The notes below the pieces were generated by a model. That model made no database searches. It saw nothing but the letters and a program-made list of their open reading frames with translations, and was not told the DNA's origin. This document shows positions 29,060 to 39,172 of a stretch of DNA of 64,000 bases, piece by piece. How positions within the stretch are numbered: the first letter of the stretch is position 1; each line of letters starts with the position of its first letter. Source of the DNA: Minisyncoccota bacterium (GTDB lineage Bacteria > Patescibacteriota > Minisyncoccia > Phycocordibacterales > UBA9973); assembly GCA_041666045.1 (NCBI GenBank), contig JBAYHR010000001.1, forward strand, positions 187,391 to 251,390, in the 5' to 3' direction. The translations under genes and the position numbers were made by a program.

Positions 29060-31246
29060 ATGGAAATTAATGAAAAGTTATTAAAACCATACGAACCACA
29101 AGAAACTGAAGAAAAGATTCTTAAACTTTGGGAAGAAAGTGGTTTTTTTAATCCTGATGTTTGTATAGAAAAAGGTATCACAAGTAAAGATGCAGAAGTT
29201 TTTTCAATGGTTTTACCACCTCCTAATGTTACCGGGAATCTACATACTGGCCATGCTTTAATGCTCATAATAGAAGACATTATGGTACGCCACGCTCGAA
29301 TGAAAGGACTTAAAACATTATGGCTCCCTGGCACAGATCATGCAGCCATAGCAACACAATCAAAAGTTCAGAAAATTTTAGAAAAAGAAGGAATAAAGAA
29401 AAGTGATCTTGGACGTGAAGAATTTTTAAAACGCGTAGAAAAATTCGCACAAGATTCTCACGACACGATAATAAATCAAGCAAAAAAAATGGGAGCTTCT
29501 CTTGACTGGTCACGCGAAGCTTTCACTTTAGATGAAAAAAGAAATCTCGCAGTTAAAACAGCATTTAAAAAAATGTACGATGAGGGATTGATTTATCGTG
29601 GAAATAGAATTGTAAATTGGGATCCAAAAGGACAAACTGTTATATCTGACGATGAAATCGTTTACGAAGAAAGAAAAGCAAAATTTTATACTTTCAAATA
29701 TTCAAAAGACTTCCCTATTTCAATATCTACAAGTCGCCCTGAAACAAAAATTGGTGATGTTGCAGTAGCTGTACATCCAGAAGATACTCGTTATAAAGAA
29801 TACGTTGGAAAAACTTATACAATAGAAGATTTTTGTGGAGTAAAATTAGAAATAAAAATCATTGCTGATAAAGAAGTTGATCAAGCTTTTGGTACAGGAG
29901 CGCTTGGCGTAACACCAGCACATTCTATGATTGACTGGGAAATGGCTGATAGACATGAATTACCTCGTCCACAAGTTATAAATGAATTTGCAAAAATGTC
30001 TGTAGGTGGAGAAAATTTACTTGGTAAAAAAACAATTGAAGCTAGAGAAATAATAGTTCTATGGTTAAAAAATGAAAATTTATTAGAAAAAGAAGAAGAA
30101 ATAAACCAAAACGTTTCAACAGCTGAAAGAACTGGAGCTGTAATTGAACCATTACCAAAACTCCAGTGGTTTATTAATGTAAATAAAAAAATTCCAAACC
30201 GTGAAAATAAAAGTCTTAAAGAATTAATGCTTGAACCTGTGCGAGATGGAAAAATAAAAATACTGCCAAATCATTTTGAAAAAGTATATTTTAATTGGAT
30301 TGAAAACTTGCGTGATTGGTGTATTTCTCGCCAAATATGGTATGGACATAGAATTCCTGTATGGTACCGTAAAAACGAGATATATTGCAATATAGAAGCT
30401 CCTAAGGGAGAAGATTGGGAACAAGATGAAGATACATTAGATACTTGGTTCTCTTCTGGACTTTGGACTTTTTCAACTCTCGGTTGGCCAGAAAAGACAG
30501 AGGATCTAAAAAATTATCACCCAACAACAATGTTAGAAACTGGGCATGACATTCTCTTCTTCTGGATTGCTCGTATGATTCTAATGTCACAATATTTATT
30601 AGGAGAAATACCTTTCAAAAATGTCTATCTACATGGAATGATACGTACTGCTGATGGTAAAAAAATGACAAAATCACTTGGCGAAAAAGCGATAGATCCA
30701 CTAGATATTATTTCTAAATATGGAAATGACGCTCTACGTCTAGCTATGATCATAGGAAATACTCCTGGTAATGATTTAAAATTAAACGAAAATGATATTC
30801 GTGGTTATGCGAAATTTTCAAATAAAATATGGAATGCCTCACGATTCGTTTTAGAAAAAATAAATGACCTAGATATTAAAAATTTACCTTCTCTTGATGA
30901 AGAAGACGGTATTTCACAAAAAGAATTAGAAGATTTATTAAAAGAAATTTCAAAAGAAATGAACGAATTTAGATTTTCTCTTGTCGCGGAAAAACTATAT
31001 CATTATTTTTGGCATACTTTTGCAGACATAATCATTGAACGTTCAAAGAAAAAAATAATGGAAAACAATAATTCAGATTCAGCAAAAGCTCTATTGTATA
31101 TACAACTAAAATCATTGCTAAAATCATTGCATCCATTTATTCCATTCATCACAGAAGAAGTTTGGTCTATGTTCCCAACTGAAAATAAAAAATTATTAAT
31201 GGTTGAGAAATGGCCCTTCGACTTAGCTCAGGATAAACCTATTTAA
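29060..31246 (+). CDS. valS: Valine--tRNA ligase (short form without C-terminal coiled coil)
   Basis: PPPNVTGNLHTGHA, PGTDHAAIATQ, DWCISRQIWYGH, KMTKS. Confidence 0.97.
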   Translation: MEINEKLLKPYEPQETEEKILKLWEESGFFNPDVCIEKGITSKDAEVFSMVLPPPNVTGNLHTGHALMLIIEDIMVRHARMKGLKTLWLPGTDHAAIATQSKVQKILEKEGIKKSDLGREEFLKRVEKFAQDSHDTIINQAKKMGASLDWSREAFTLDEKRNLAVKTAFKKMYDEGLIYRGNRIVNWDPKGQTVISDDEIVYEERKAKFYTFKYSKDFPISISTSRPETKIGDVAVAVHPEDTRYKEYVGKTYTIEDFCGVKLEIKIIADKEVDQAFGTGALGVTPAHSMIDWEMADRHELPRPQVINEFAKMSVGGENLLGKKTIEAREIIVLWLKNENLLEKEEEINQNVSTAERTGAVIEPLPKLQWFINVNKKIPNRENKSLKELMLEPVRDGKIKILPNHFEKVYFNWIENLRDWCISRQIWYGHRIPVWYRKNEIYCNIEAPKGEDWEQDEDTLDTWFSSGLWTFSTLGWPEKTEDLKNYHPTTMLETGHDILFFWIARMILMSQYLLGEIPFKNVYLHGMIRTADGKKMTKSLGEKAIDPLDIISKYGNDALRLAMIIGNTPGNDLKLNENDIRGYAKFSNKIWNASRFVLEKINDLDIKNLPSLDEEDGISQKELEDLLKEISKEMNEFRFSLVAEKLYHYFWHTFADIIIERSKKKIMENNNSDSAKALLYIQLKSLLKSLHPFIPFITEEVWSMFPTENKKLLMVEKWPFDLAQDKPI
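31214..31237 (+). repeat. Family B short element at valS 3' end
   Basis: CCCTTCGACTTAGCTCAGGATAAA; encodes PFDLAQDK. Confidence 0.7.
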
Positions 31247-31249
31247 AAA

Positions 31250-31954
31250 ATGACTACTGATCCAAAAATTTTATTTATTGCGCTTTTTGGTGGAATTGTA
31301 CCAGCTTTGTTTTGGCTTTGGTTTTGGCTTAAAGAAAATCAAGAAAAACCTGAACCGAAGGGACTTTTAACTATTTGTTTTATTATAGGTATGATATCGG
31401 TCATATTTGTATTACCTATTCAAAAATTTATACAAACAAATGTAGATTCACACCAACTACAAATAATAAGTTGGGCAAGTGTTGAGGAACTAATGAAATA
31501 TCTTGTAGCTATGCTTATTTTATACAAAACAACACATATTAGGGAACCTATAGATTGGCCTATTTTATTAATAACAGTAGCATTAGGCTTTGCAGCGCTT
31601 GAAAATTCACTATTCCTTATAAAACCTTTAACTTTAAATCAAGCCACAGTCGGACTTCTTACAGGACAACTAAGATTTCTTGGATCTACTCTTTTACACG
31701 CTGTTTCAAGCGGAATTGTAGGTATTGCATTAGGACTTTCTTTTAATATGAATCTAACCGTAAAAAAAATATACCTTTTAGTTGGACTTATTCTAGCAAT
31801 ATCCTTGCATAGTGTCTTTAATTTTTTTATAATGGATAATAGTGGAAGCAATTTTTTGAGAGTGTTTGCTTTCTTGTGGGTCGTCACAATTATTATTATG
31901 TTACTTTTTGAAAAGATAAGAAGAATGAATAAAAAAGTTAACATCGTTTATTAA
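31250..31954 (+). CDS. PrsW-family intramembrane metalloprotease
   Basis: VEELMK, ALGFAALEN, LLHA, LHSVFN. Confidence 0.9.
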   Translation: MTTDPKILFIALFGGIVPALFWLWFWLKENQEKPEPKGLLTICFIIGMISVIFVLPIQKFIQTNVDSHQLQIISWASVEELMKYLVAMLILYKTTHIREPIDWPILLITVALGFAALENSLFLIKPLTLNQATVGLLTGQLRFLGSTLLHAVSSGIVGIALGLSFNMNLTVKKIYLLVGLILAISLHSVFNFFIMDNSGSNFLRVFAFLWVVTIIIMLLFEKIRRMNKKVNIVY

Positions 31955-31967
31955 AAATAAATATTTT

Positions 31968-32429
31968 ATGCAAAATAAAAAAAGAAGTTTTTTTGAAAAA
32001 TTAACTGGAAGCATTCGTGCTGAAGAAAATAATGAAGAATTTAAAAAAATATCCGTAAAAGAGGACAAGTCTAATGACTGGATGGAGGAAGAAAATCAAG
32101 AAGCAGAATTAACTGTTGACGTATATCAAACACCAACAGAGATAATAATACAAACGATGGTAGCAGGCGTAAAACCGGAAGATATAGAGCTAACTATTGC
32201 GCGAGATATGATAACTATTCGTGGCAAGCGTGAAGAAAGCAGAAAAGTAGAAGAAGATAATTATTTCAGCAAGGAACTTTATTGGGGAGCGTTTTCACGT
32301 ACAATTCTTCTTCCCCAAGAAATAGAACCTGAAGAATCTGAAGCTACAGAAAAACATGGACTGCTAACTATTAAACTTGAAAAAATAGACAAAGAAAAAA
32401 AGACTAGCGTAAAAATAAAATCTATTTAA
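31968..32429 (+). CDS. Hsp20/alpha-crystallin family chaperone
   Basis: VDVYQT...AGVKPEDI...ITIRGKR...WGAFSRTILLP...HGLLTI. Confidence 0.92.
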   Translation: MQNKKRSFFEKLTGSIRAEENNEEFKKISVKEDKSNDWMEEENQEAELTVDVYQTPTEIIIQTMVAGVKPEDIELTIARDMITIRGKREESRKVEEDNYFSKELYWGAFSRTILLPQEIEPEESEATEKHGLLTIKLEKIDKEKKTSVKIKSI

Positions 32430-32437
32430 ATAAAATA

Positions 32438-32466
32438 AAAAAAACACCAGCGATGGTGTTTTTTTT
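32438..32466. terminator. Intrinsic terminator after hsp20
   Basis: A-run-ACACCA-GCGA-TGGTGT-T-run. Confidence 0.75.
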
Positions 32467-32573
32467 ATGTGCCAAGAAATTTTTAATTTCTAAAATTGAC
32501 AAATATATAACATTATTATAATATTTATTAATAATTAACGTAGCTCTTTGAAAACAAATAAAAACAAATAATT

Positions 32574-33131
32574 ATGGAAGAAACTAAAAAATTTTTAGAC
32601 ATTCTGTTAAACCAGGAAGTTCAATTTGAATTACACTCTGAAAATTTCCGCTTAATCCCTGAAATTGGAACAGCCGGCAAAGAAAAACTTAAAAAGATTC
32701 TTAAAGATCTTGCTTGGAGACATATGAAAAATGACGACCATGACATGGCTTATCATATATCTCAGATTATTGGCATACGGACCTTAGACATTATGTTGGA
32801 AGTCGGTCTTATTGATGTATTCATAAGGTTGGAAAAAGAAAAGATTGATAGTATTATCAAAGCTATGGGGTTTAGTAAAGAAGGTCTGTCTAAGGATATT
32901 CAGGACGCCCTAATAATAGGAGCAGGTAAAGCTATACTGGACGACTATAGTTTTAGTCAACTGAAAGGCTTTAAACACATCCTCAGAATCCCAATATGGG
33001 AAAGCCAAGAAATTATTGATACTATCAAAAAATTACCTATTGGACATTGCAATCCAAAATGGCGTTCCAAAGAATTTCCTAAATTAATTAGATTTCTAAA
33101 AAATTCAGCATTGGTGGAAAAAAATAAATAA
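32574..33131 (+). CDS. Hypothetical protein
   Basis: 185-aa ORF with TTGACA (32496) promoter-like motif upstream and hairpin terminator ~33145-33177. Confidence 0.65.
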   Translation: MEETKKFLDILLNQEVQFELHSENFRLIPEIGTAGKEKLKKILKDLAWRHMKNDDHDMAYHISQIIGIRTLDIMLEVGLIDVFIRLEKEKIDSIIKAMGFSKEGLSKDIQDALIIGAGKAILDDYSFSQLKGFKHILRIPIWESQEIIDTIKKLPIGHCNPKWRSKEFPKLIRFLKNSALVEKNK

Positions 33132-33249
33132 CCAACAACAACAACAAAAAAGATGAGCATAAGCTCATCTTTTTTTATTAACAATTTTTTAAAAAATATA
33201 TTATATAACCGCACATAAAACAAAAAACTCCCGTAAGGGTGTTTTTTGT

Positions 33250-34119
33250 TTATCCTAATGGAACAACATTAGAAATATATTTTTGTTCTGGATATTCTTT
33301 TCTTAATTTTTCAATATCCCCATCTTCCATTTTCCAATCTACTGCATTTAAATTTTCTTTTAAATGCTCAATGGATCTTGTTTTTGATAAAGTTAAAACA
33401 TACGGTTGAGATATAAGCCAATTAATAGCAATTTGAGCTGGGGTTTTCTTATATTTATTACACATTTCCTTAATAATAACTGGAACATCGTCAAGTAAGT
33501 TTCCTTTACCAATAGGCCTCCAAGCAACTAAAAATATATTGTTCTTTTGACAATATTCTAATAAACCACTATTTTCTGGTTCACGAAATTCTAGATTATA
33601 ATGGACTTGATCACAAACAATTTTATTTTTTGTATAAGATTGAGCTTCTTTTAAATGTTCTTTCCCGAAATTAGCTACTCCTATATTTTTTATAAGACCT
33701 TGTTCTAATAAATCATCCAATGCTTTCATTGTTTGTTTTAAATCAAAATTAGAATTATATCTATGTAATAAAAACAAATCTAAATATGAAATTTGTAATC
33801 TTTCTAAACTTTTTTTACAAGATTCAATAATCTTTTCATAAGCCATATTATCTGCATGAACTTTTGAAACAATAAAAAATTTAGAGCGATCAAAATCCTT
33901 AATTGCTTTACCAATTAAAATTTCTGAATATCCATTTGCGTAACTTTCTGCTGTGTCTATGTGAGTAATTCCTAAATTAATAGCAGACTTAATCGCTAAA
34001 ATATCAGCTTCGTCGTCATTAGAAAGATCATGTTCACCTCCTCCACCCATTTGCCATGTCCCTAATCCAAATACTGGCATTTCAAAACCTGTTTCTAATT
34101 TTTTAATTGGAATCGACAT
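33250..34119 (-). CDS. Aldo/keto reductase
   Basis: GLGTW, IDTAESY, LDLFLLH, IGVANF, DQVHYN, TPAQIAINWL. Confidence 0.95.
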   Translation of the reverse strand: MSIPIKKLETGFEMPVFGLGTWQMGGGGEHDLSNDDEADILAIKSAINLGITHIDTAESYANGYSEILIGKAIKDFDRSKFFIVSKVHADNMAYEKIIESCKKSLERLQISYLDLFLLHRYNSNFDLKQTMKALDDLLEQGLIKNIGVANFGKEHLKEAQSYTKNKIVCDQVHYNLEFREPENSGLLEYCQKNNIFLVAWRPIGKGNLLDDVPVIIKEMCNKYKKTPAQIAINWLISQPYVLTLSKTRSIEHLKENLNAVDWKMEDGDIEKLRKEYPEQKYISNVVPLG

Positions 34120-34138
34120 AGATATTTATTTTTTTATG

Positions 34139-34211
34139 TGCCGAGGACCAGAGTTGAACTGGTGACATCTCCCTCTTCAGGGGAGCGCTCTACCAACTGA
34201 GCTACCTCGGC
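34139..34211 (-). tRNA. tRNA-Phe(GAA)
   Basis: GCCGAGG/CCTCGGC acceptor, CTCCC-CTGAAGA-GGGAG anticodon arm. Confidence 0.95.
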
Positions 34212-34217
34212 ATTATT

Positions 34218-34475
34218 TTAAAAAGGAAGTTTATTCCCTAATGTTTTTATTTGATTTAAACTCGCTCCTGAATCCTTAATAAAAGTTTGTATATTTTCTA
34301 CATAAGGCTGAAGGAAATAAAAGGAACCTACACCAATACCAATAATAATCATCCAATACATAAAACGCAAAAAAGATGTAACCTTTTGTGAACGTCTGAT
34401 ATGCCTAAGCATTTTATTATTTTGATCAGCAAGTTCATATGTATCTCGTAACAATTGTTTTGATTCAGGATCCAT
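34218..34475 (-). CDS. Small hypothetical membrane protein
   Basis: 85 aa, single TM; ATG provided by family A element end. Confidence 0.7.
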   Translation of the reverse strand: MDPESKQLLRDTYELADQNNKMLRHIRRSQKVTSFLRFMYWMIIIGIGVGSFYFLQPYVENIQTFIKDSGASLNQIKTLGNKLPF

Positions 34476-34544
34476 CCCATTAAAAATTTTAACTAATAAT
34501 ATTTAATCTTTAAACAAAGTCCCATGAATTTTTAACGGGACAGG
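34473..34544 (-). repeat. Palindromic element family A, copy 4 (ends in ATG)
   Basis: Minus strand CCTG-TCCCGTTAAAAATT...AATTTTTAATGGGA-TG. Confidence 0.85.
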
Positions 34545-34619
34545 TAGGAGTATTTTAGCATAGACAAATAAAAAAGCCAATTTTAAAAATTAGCTTTTTT
34601 ATGTTAGATTATTGATATT

Positions 34620-34691
34620 GCTCTCGTAGTTAAATGGATATAACAACTCCGTCCTAAGGAGTAATTGTAGGTTCGATTCCTGCCGAGAGCA
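34620..34691 (+). tRNA. tRNA-Arg(CCT)
   Basis: GCTCTCG/CGAGAGC acceptor, ACTCC-GTCCTAA-GGAGT anticodon arm, GGTTCGATTCC. Confidence 0.95.
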
Positions 34692-34700
34692 CTATATAAA

Positions 34701-34937
34701 TTAAATAAGTCCCAATTTTCTTGCTACTTCAGTTTTATTGAATCCTACTGCCCAATCCCCGTCTATCACTATCACAGGCACACCCATTTGTCCTGTTAGT
34801 GTAACCATTTCTTTTCTTTTTTCTAAATCACTTGCCACATCATACTCTGTATAAGTAATTTTATTATCATTAAAGAAATCTTTTGCCATGTGACAAAAAT
34901 GACATGTTGGTGTTGAATAAATTTCTACTTTTTTCAT
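34701..34937 (-). CDS. Glutaredoxin-like (NrdH/YruB family)
   Basis: YSTPTCHFCHMAK CxxC, GQMGVPVI; likely start MKKVE at 34937. Confidence 0.9.
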   Translation of the reverse strand: MKKVEIYSTPTCHFCHMAKDFFNDNKITYTEYDVASDLEKRKEMVTLTGQMGVPVIVIDGDWAVGFNKTEVARKLGLI

Positions 34938-35024
34938 AAAATTTTGATTCTGCGGAATCATGTCGCGTAAGTCAAATTAACGCGACACATTAATTATTAA
35001 TAATGCTTCTATTTTACCATATTG

Positions 35025-35095
35025 TGCGGGATACGAGAATCGAACTCGTGTCTCAACCTTGGGAAGGTCGCATGCTACCACTATACCAATCCCGC
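35025..35095 (-). tRNA. tRNA-Gly(CCC)
   Basis: GCGGGAT/ATCCCGC acceptor, CGACC-TTCCCAA-GGTTG anticodon arm. Confidence 0.95.
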
Positions 35096-35099
35096 AAAT

Positions 35100-35897
35100 T
35101 TAAAGCGGATTTATTTTAAAATCTTTAATATGTTTTTCAGCTTCTAAAATTCCTTTTTCCATTATTTCAACAGCTTCTAATGGATGCTTGCCAGTAGCGC
35201 TTTCTTCAGACAACATAACTGCATCAGCTCCATTTAATATTGCATAAGCAATATCAGTAATTTCAGCACGAGTAGGTAAAATATTTTCAGTCATTGAAAG
35301 CATCATCTGCGTTGCCACAATTACCGGCTTCCCTGCTTTTTTACATTTTTCAATTATATCCTTTTCAATAAAAGGAATTTGTTCAAGTGGAATTTCATTT
35401 CCTAAATCACCTCTTGCAACCATAATTGCATCTGATACTTTTATAATTTCATCTAAATTATCTAATGCTACCTTTCTTTCAATTTTAGCAATAATTGGAA
35501 TAATTTTTCCAAATTCTTGCATTTTTTCTCTTAGTTTCAAAATGTCATTTGCGTTACCAACATAAGACATAGCGACATAATCAACACCTTGTTCAATCCC
35601 AAATTTTAAATCAGCTAAATCTTTTTCAGTTATTATTTCTACTGCGCCTTCTTTAAATTCATGACCAGTTTTTTCTTGAACTCTAGGACCAGAAAGGTCT
35701 TGAATTATAGGAATAACTCTTCCTGCTTCTTTTGCACAGTCTCTAATATTTTTAATATATTCAGCGTGTTCCTCGTGAGTTCCCCAAGAAAAATTTAAAC
35801 GAACCGCATCCATTTGATGCGCAATCATTTCTTTAATCATTTCTTTACTTTTTGTCGCTGGCCCAATGGTCGCCACAATTTGTGCTTTACTTGACAT
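35100..35897 (-). CDS. pyk: Pyruvate kinase, minimal (barrel only)
   Basis: [45 protein letters not shown]. Confidence 0.92.
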   Translation of the reverse strand: MSSKAQIVATIGPATKSKEMIKEMIAHQMDAVRLNFSWGTHEEHAEYIKNIRDCAKEAGRVIPIIQDLSGPRVQEKTGHEFKEGAVEIITEKDLADLKFGIEQGVDYVAMSYVGNANDILKLREKMQEFGKIIPIIAKIERKVALDNLDEIIKVSDAIMVARGDLGNEIPLEQIPFIEKDIIEKCKKAGKPVIVATQMMLSMTENILPTRAEITDIAYAILNGADAVMLSEESATGKHPLEAVEIMEKGILEAEKHIKDFKINPL

Positions 35898-35901
35898 TTT
35901 T

Positions 35902-37164
35902 TTATTTTAAATTGGTTATTAATTTTAATCTATCATATTTCACTTTTCTTTCGGGTTTTTCTGGAGCACCAGCTTTTAAACCAAAACAGCCAAATGCATA
36001 AGCTAAATCGGCTATAAAATCATCATCAGTTTCCCCACTTCTATGGCTTACAATCATTTCTATATTATTTTTTCTAGCCAATTGCATAGTTTCCAAAGTT
36101 TCAGACAATGTGCCAATTTGATTTGGTTTTATAATCATTGCATTTATACTTCCCTTTTCTATGGCTTGTTTTAAAAGAATTTTATTTGTTACAGTTAAAT
36201 CATCTCCAACTACTATTAATTTATCATTAAAATCTCTCAGTTCTTTAAAACCTTCAAAATCTTCTTCATCAAAAGGATCTTCAATGGAAAACAAACTAAA
36301 CTCCTTAATTAAAGAATTATAAATATTCATTAATTCTTCTTTAGAAATATTTTTTCCATCCACACTATAAAATCCTTTATCAACATTATAAAAAGAAGAA
36401 GAAGCAACATCTAAAGCCAAATGAACTTTTCCTAAAAGATAATTCTGTCTTATTGATTCAGTTAAATATATAAGAGGTTTTTTAATATCACTTATTTTTG
36501 GCGCAAAACCTCCTTCATCACCTAAAACAATAGACTCTCCTCCTAAATCTTTATTTATAATTTCTCTCAAAGTATTTTGAATTTTTATTCCAATTTCAAT
36601 TGCTTCTGACACATCCTCTGTATCTGGCACAACATGATATTCTTGAAAAGCTAAATCATTTATCGCTTGTCCTGAACCTGTCGAATGGACATGCTTCCCA
36701 CCGTTTATTAAATTCATATAAAGATAAGGAACTTTTCGTGAAGGTCGGAGCTTCGCAAGAGTTTGCAAATATTCAAAAACTTCTTTTCCAGAAACTTTTG
36801 CTGCAACCTTAGCACAAGCTATACTAACTCCAATCATAGAATTACCCCCTAAATTATCTTTATTTGGTGTACCATCCAAGTCAATCATAATTTTGTCTAT
36901 TTCTTTTTGATTTAAAATATCTTTGCCGATTAAAACTGGAGCAATAACAGTATTAACCTTTTTAATTGCATTTTTAACACCTTTTCCATCCTCATCTCTT
37001 AATTCGTGAGCTTCATGCGCTCCAGTGCTTGCCCCAGATGGCACAGAAAAACTATCAGAAATATCCCCAACAAAAACACTAACTTTTAATGTTGGATTTC
37101 CTCGTGAATCTTTTATTTCTTCAGCTTTTACATCACTAATTTTATAAATTTTTTCTTTTACCAT
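35902..37164 (-). CDS. eno: Enolase
   Basis: [43 protein letters not shown]. Confidence 0.97.
   Translation of the reverse strand: MVKEKIYKISDVKAEEIKDSRGNPTLKVSVFVGDISDSFSVPSGASTGAHEAHELRDEDGKGVKNAIKKVNTVIAPVLIGKDILNQKEIDKIMIDLDGTPNKDNLGGNSMIGVSIACAKVAAKVSGKEVFEYLQTLAKLRPSRKVPYLYMNLINGGKHVHSTGSGQAINDLAFQEYHVVPDTEDVSEAIEIGIKIQNTLREIINKDLGGESIVLGDEGGFAPKISDIKKPLIYLTESIRQNYLLGKVHLALDVASSSFYNVDKGFYSVDGKNISKEELMNIYNSLIKEFSLFSIEDPFDEEDFEGFKELRDFNDKLIVVGDDLTVTNKILLKQAIEKGSINAMIIKPNQIGTLSETLETMQLARKNNIEMIVSHRSGETDDDFIADLAYAFGCFGLKAGAPEKPERKVKYDRLKLITNLK
36665..36690 (-). repeat. Family B short element in frame in eno
   Basis: Minus strand GTCCATTCGACAGGTTCAGGACAAGC; encodes VHSTGSGQ right after NGGKH. 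Confidence 0.75.
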
Positions 37165-37203
37165 AACCTTTTAATTTTAGCATATTTTTGATAGTATTAA
37201 AAT

Positions 37204-38343
37204 ATGTTTGATAAATTAATTAAAATAAGAAACTGGATAATAAAAGTGATATATAAATATGTGCTAAAGCCCATATTTTTTAAATTTGACCCAGAAGATG
37301 TTCATGATCATATGACATCTGCAGGTGTTTTTCTTGGTAAATATACCTTAACAAAAAAATTAACTAAATTATTTTTTAAATATTCTAATCCAGCTTTGGA
37401 ACAAAAAATTCTTGGTATAAATTTTAAAAATCCAATAGGTCTTTCTGCGGGTTTCGACAAAAATGCAGAATTAACAGACATTTTACCAGAAGTTGGTTTT
37501 GGTTTTGAAGAAGTTGGTTCTATAACTGGTGAATACTGCTCTGGTAATCCAAGACCAAGACTTTGGAGATTAAAAAAATCTAAATCATTAGCAGTTTATT
37601 ATGGATTAAAAAATGATGGATGTGAAACTATTTCAAAAAGATTACAAAATAAGACCCGTTCGGCTAGCTCAGGGCAAGCTTTTAATATACCAATAGGTAT
37701 AAGTATTGCAAAAACCAATTGTAAAGAAACAGTTGATACTAATAAAGCTATCGAAGATTATTTCAAGGCTTATATAACTTTCCAAAATATTGGTGACTAT
37801 ATAACAATAAATATAAGTTGCCCGAACGCTTTTGGAGGTCAGCCTTTTACCGACAGCAAAAAACTTGAAGCTTTAATGGAAAAAATTATGTCAGTTCCAA
37901 AAACAAAACCGATTTTTATTAAAGTGTCCCCTGATTTAAATAAACAAGAAATCGATGAAGTAATTAATGTTGCAGAAAAATTTAAAATAGATGGTTTTAT
38001 TTGCACCAATTTAACAAAAAATCGTAATAATAAAAATATTAAAGATAAAAATATTCCAGAAGTTGGCGGATTAAGCGGAAAGGTTGTAGACAGTATGTCT
38101 GATGATTTAATCAAATATGTTTATAAAAAAACAAATGGCAAATTTGTAATTATAGGTGTCGGCGGAGTATTTTCTGCAGAAGATGCTTATAGAAAAATAA
38201 AAGCGGGAGCTTCACTCATACAACTCATCACAGGAATGATTTTTGAAGGACCTCAATTAATAAGTGAAATAAACTTAGGCTTAGTAAAACTCCTAAAAGC
38301 TGATAGTTATAAAAATATCTCTGAAGCTATAGGAAAAGAATAA
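37204..38343 (+). CDS. pyrD: Quinone-dependent dihydroorotate dehydrogenase
   Basis: NPIGLSAGFDKNAE, GNPRPRL, INISCPN, GGLSG, GASLIQL. Confidence 0.95.
   Translation: MFDKLIKIRNWIIKVIYKYVLKPIFFKFDPEDVHDHMTSAGVFLGKYTLTKKLTKLFFKYSNPALEQKILGINFKNPIGLSAGFDKNAELTDILPEVGFGFEEVGSITGEYCSGNPRPRLWRLKKSKSLAVYYGLKNDGCETISKRLQNKTRSASSGQAFNIPIGISIAKTNCKETVDTNKAIEDYFKAYITFQNIGDYITINISCPNAFGGQPFTDSKKLEALMEKIMSVPKTKPIFIKVSPDLNKQEIDEVINVAEKFKIDGFICTNLTKNRNNKNIKDKNIPEVGGLSGKVVDSMSDDLIKYVYKKTNGKFVIIGVGGVFSAEDAYRKIKAGASLIQLITGMIFEGPQLISEINLGLVKLLKADSYKNISEAIGKE
37654..37679 (+). repeat. Family B short element in frame in pyrD
   Basis: ACCCGTTCGGCTAGCTCAGGGCAAGC; encodes TRSASSGQA. Confidence 0.75.
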
Positions 38344-38397
38344 CAGTCGCACAACCTCCTTTGGGACATAGGTTATACAAGAGTTTGTCGATATAAA

Positions 38398-39153
38398 ATG
38401 TCATGCTATAATATTACTGTAAATAATTGTAAAATTATGGAAAACATATTTAAGAATATTTTTAACAAAAAACCAAATGTTGAAAAGCGAGTCAAGGACG
38501 ATGAACAGAATAAACTCGCTGGGCAGTATCGACAAAACAGTATTGAGCATCCACACCAGCCGGCTGGTGGTCGAGATTTAAAGACATATGAATCTCAACT
38601 GCTTTTTGACAAAAATGAATTAAAAGGTAAAAGAGTTTTGGATTTGGGGGCTGGGCCAGAAGTGAAGATTGCAAAAGAATTAAAAGAATCAGAAATTACG
38701 AGTGATGTTGTTTCATTGAGTCCAGATTTTGCCGTTGAAAAACATTTAAAAAAAGCCAAAGAATCATTTCCAGAAGGTAAATTCGAATTTGGGTTAGGGC
38801 AAAATATGCCATTCCCGGATAAATCTTTCGATGTTGTACTCGCGTCGCATATAGATGAATATTTATCCCGGGAAGATTTTTTTAAGGTAATCGCGGAGAT
38901 GGCTAGGGTACTCAAGGATGGTGGTTGGGCCAAGATTGGTCCAACGGTTGATATCCCTGGCGATTGGAATGCATATGAAAGTATTAGAGAAAACCAAGAA
39001 TTATTTTCTAGTCTGACTGAATTGCATGTCGATGTTACTAAAGAACTCGTATCAGAAATGGGCTTGATGTCAGTTAAAGATGGCTATGGCAACAGATTCG
39101 AAACGCCATTTTTTAATATCGTGCTCAAAAAGAAACCCAATTTAAATTACTAA
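38398..39153 (+). CDS. Class I SAM-dependent methyltransferase
   Basis: VLDLGAG, MPFPDKSFDVV, EMARVLKDGG; true start may be MENIF at 38437. Confidence 0.85.
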   Translation: MSCYNITVNNCKIMENIFKNIFNKKPNVEKRVKDDEQNKLAGQYRQNSIEHPHQPAGGRDLKTYESQLLFDKNELKGKRVLDLGAGPEVKIAKELKESEITSDVVSLSPDFAVEKHLKKAKESFPEGKFEFGLGQNMPFPDKSFDVVLASHIDEYLSREDFFKVIAEMARVLKDGGWAKIGPTVDIPGDWNAYESIRENQELFSSLTELHVDVTKELVSEMGLMSVKDGYGNRFETPFFNIVLKKKPNLNY

Positions 39154-39172
39154 TCAGAGGAATGTATTAAAA

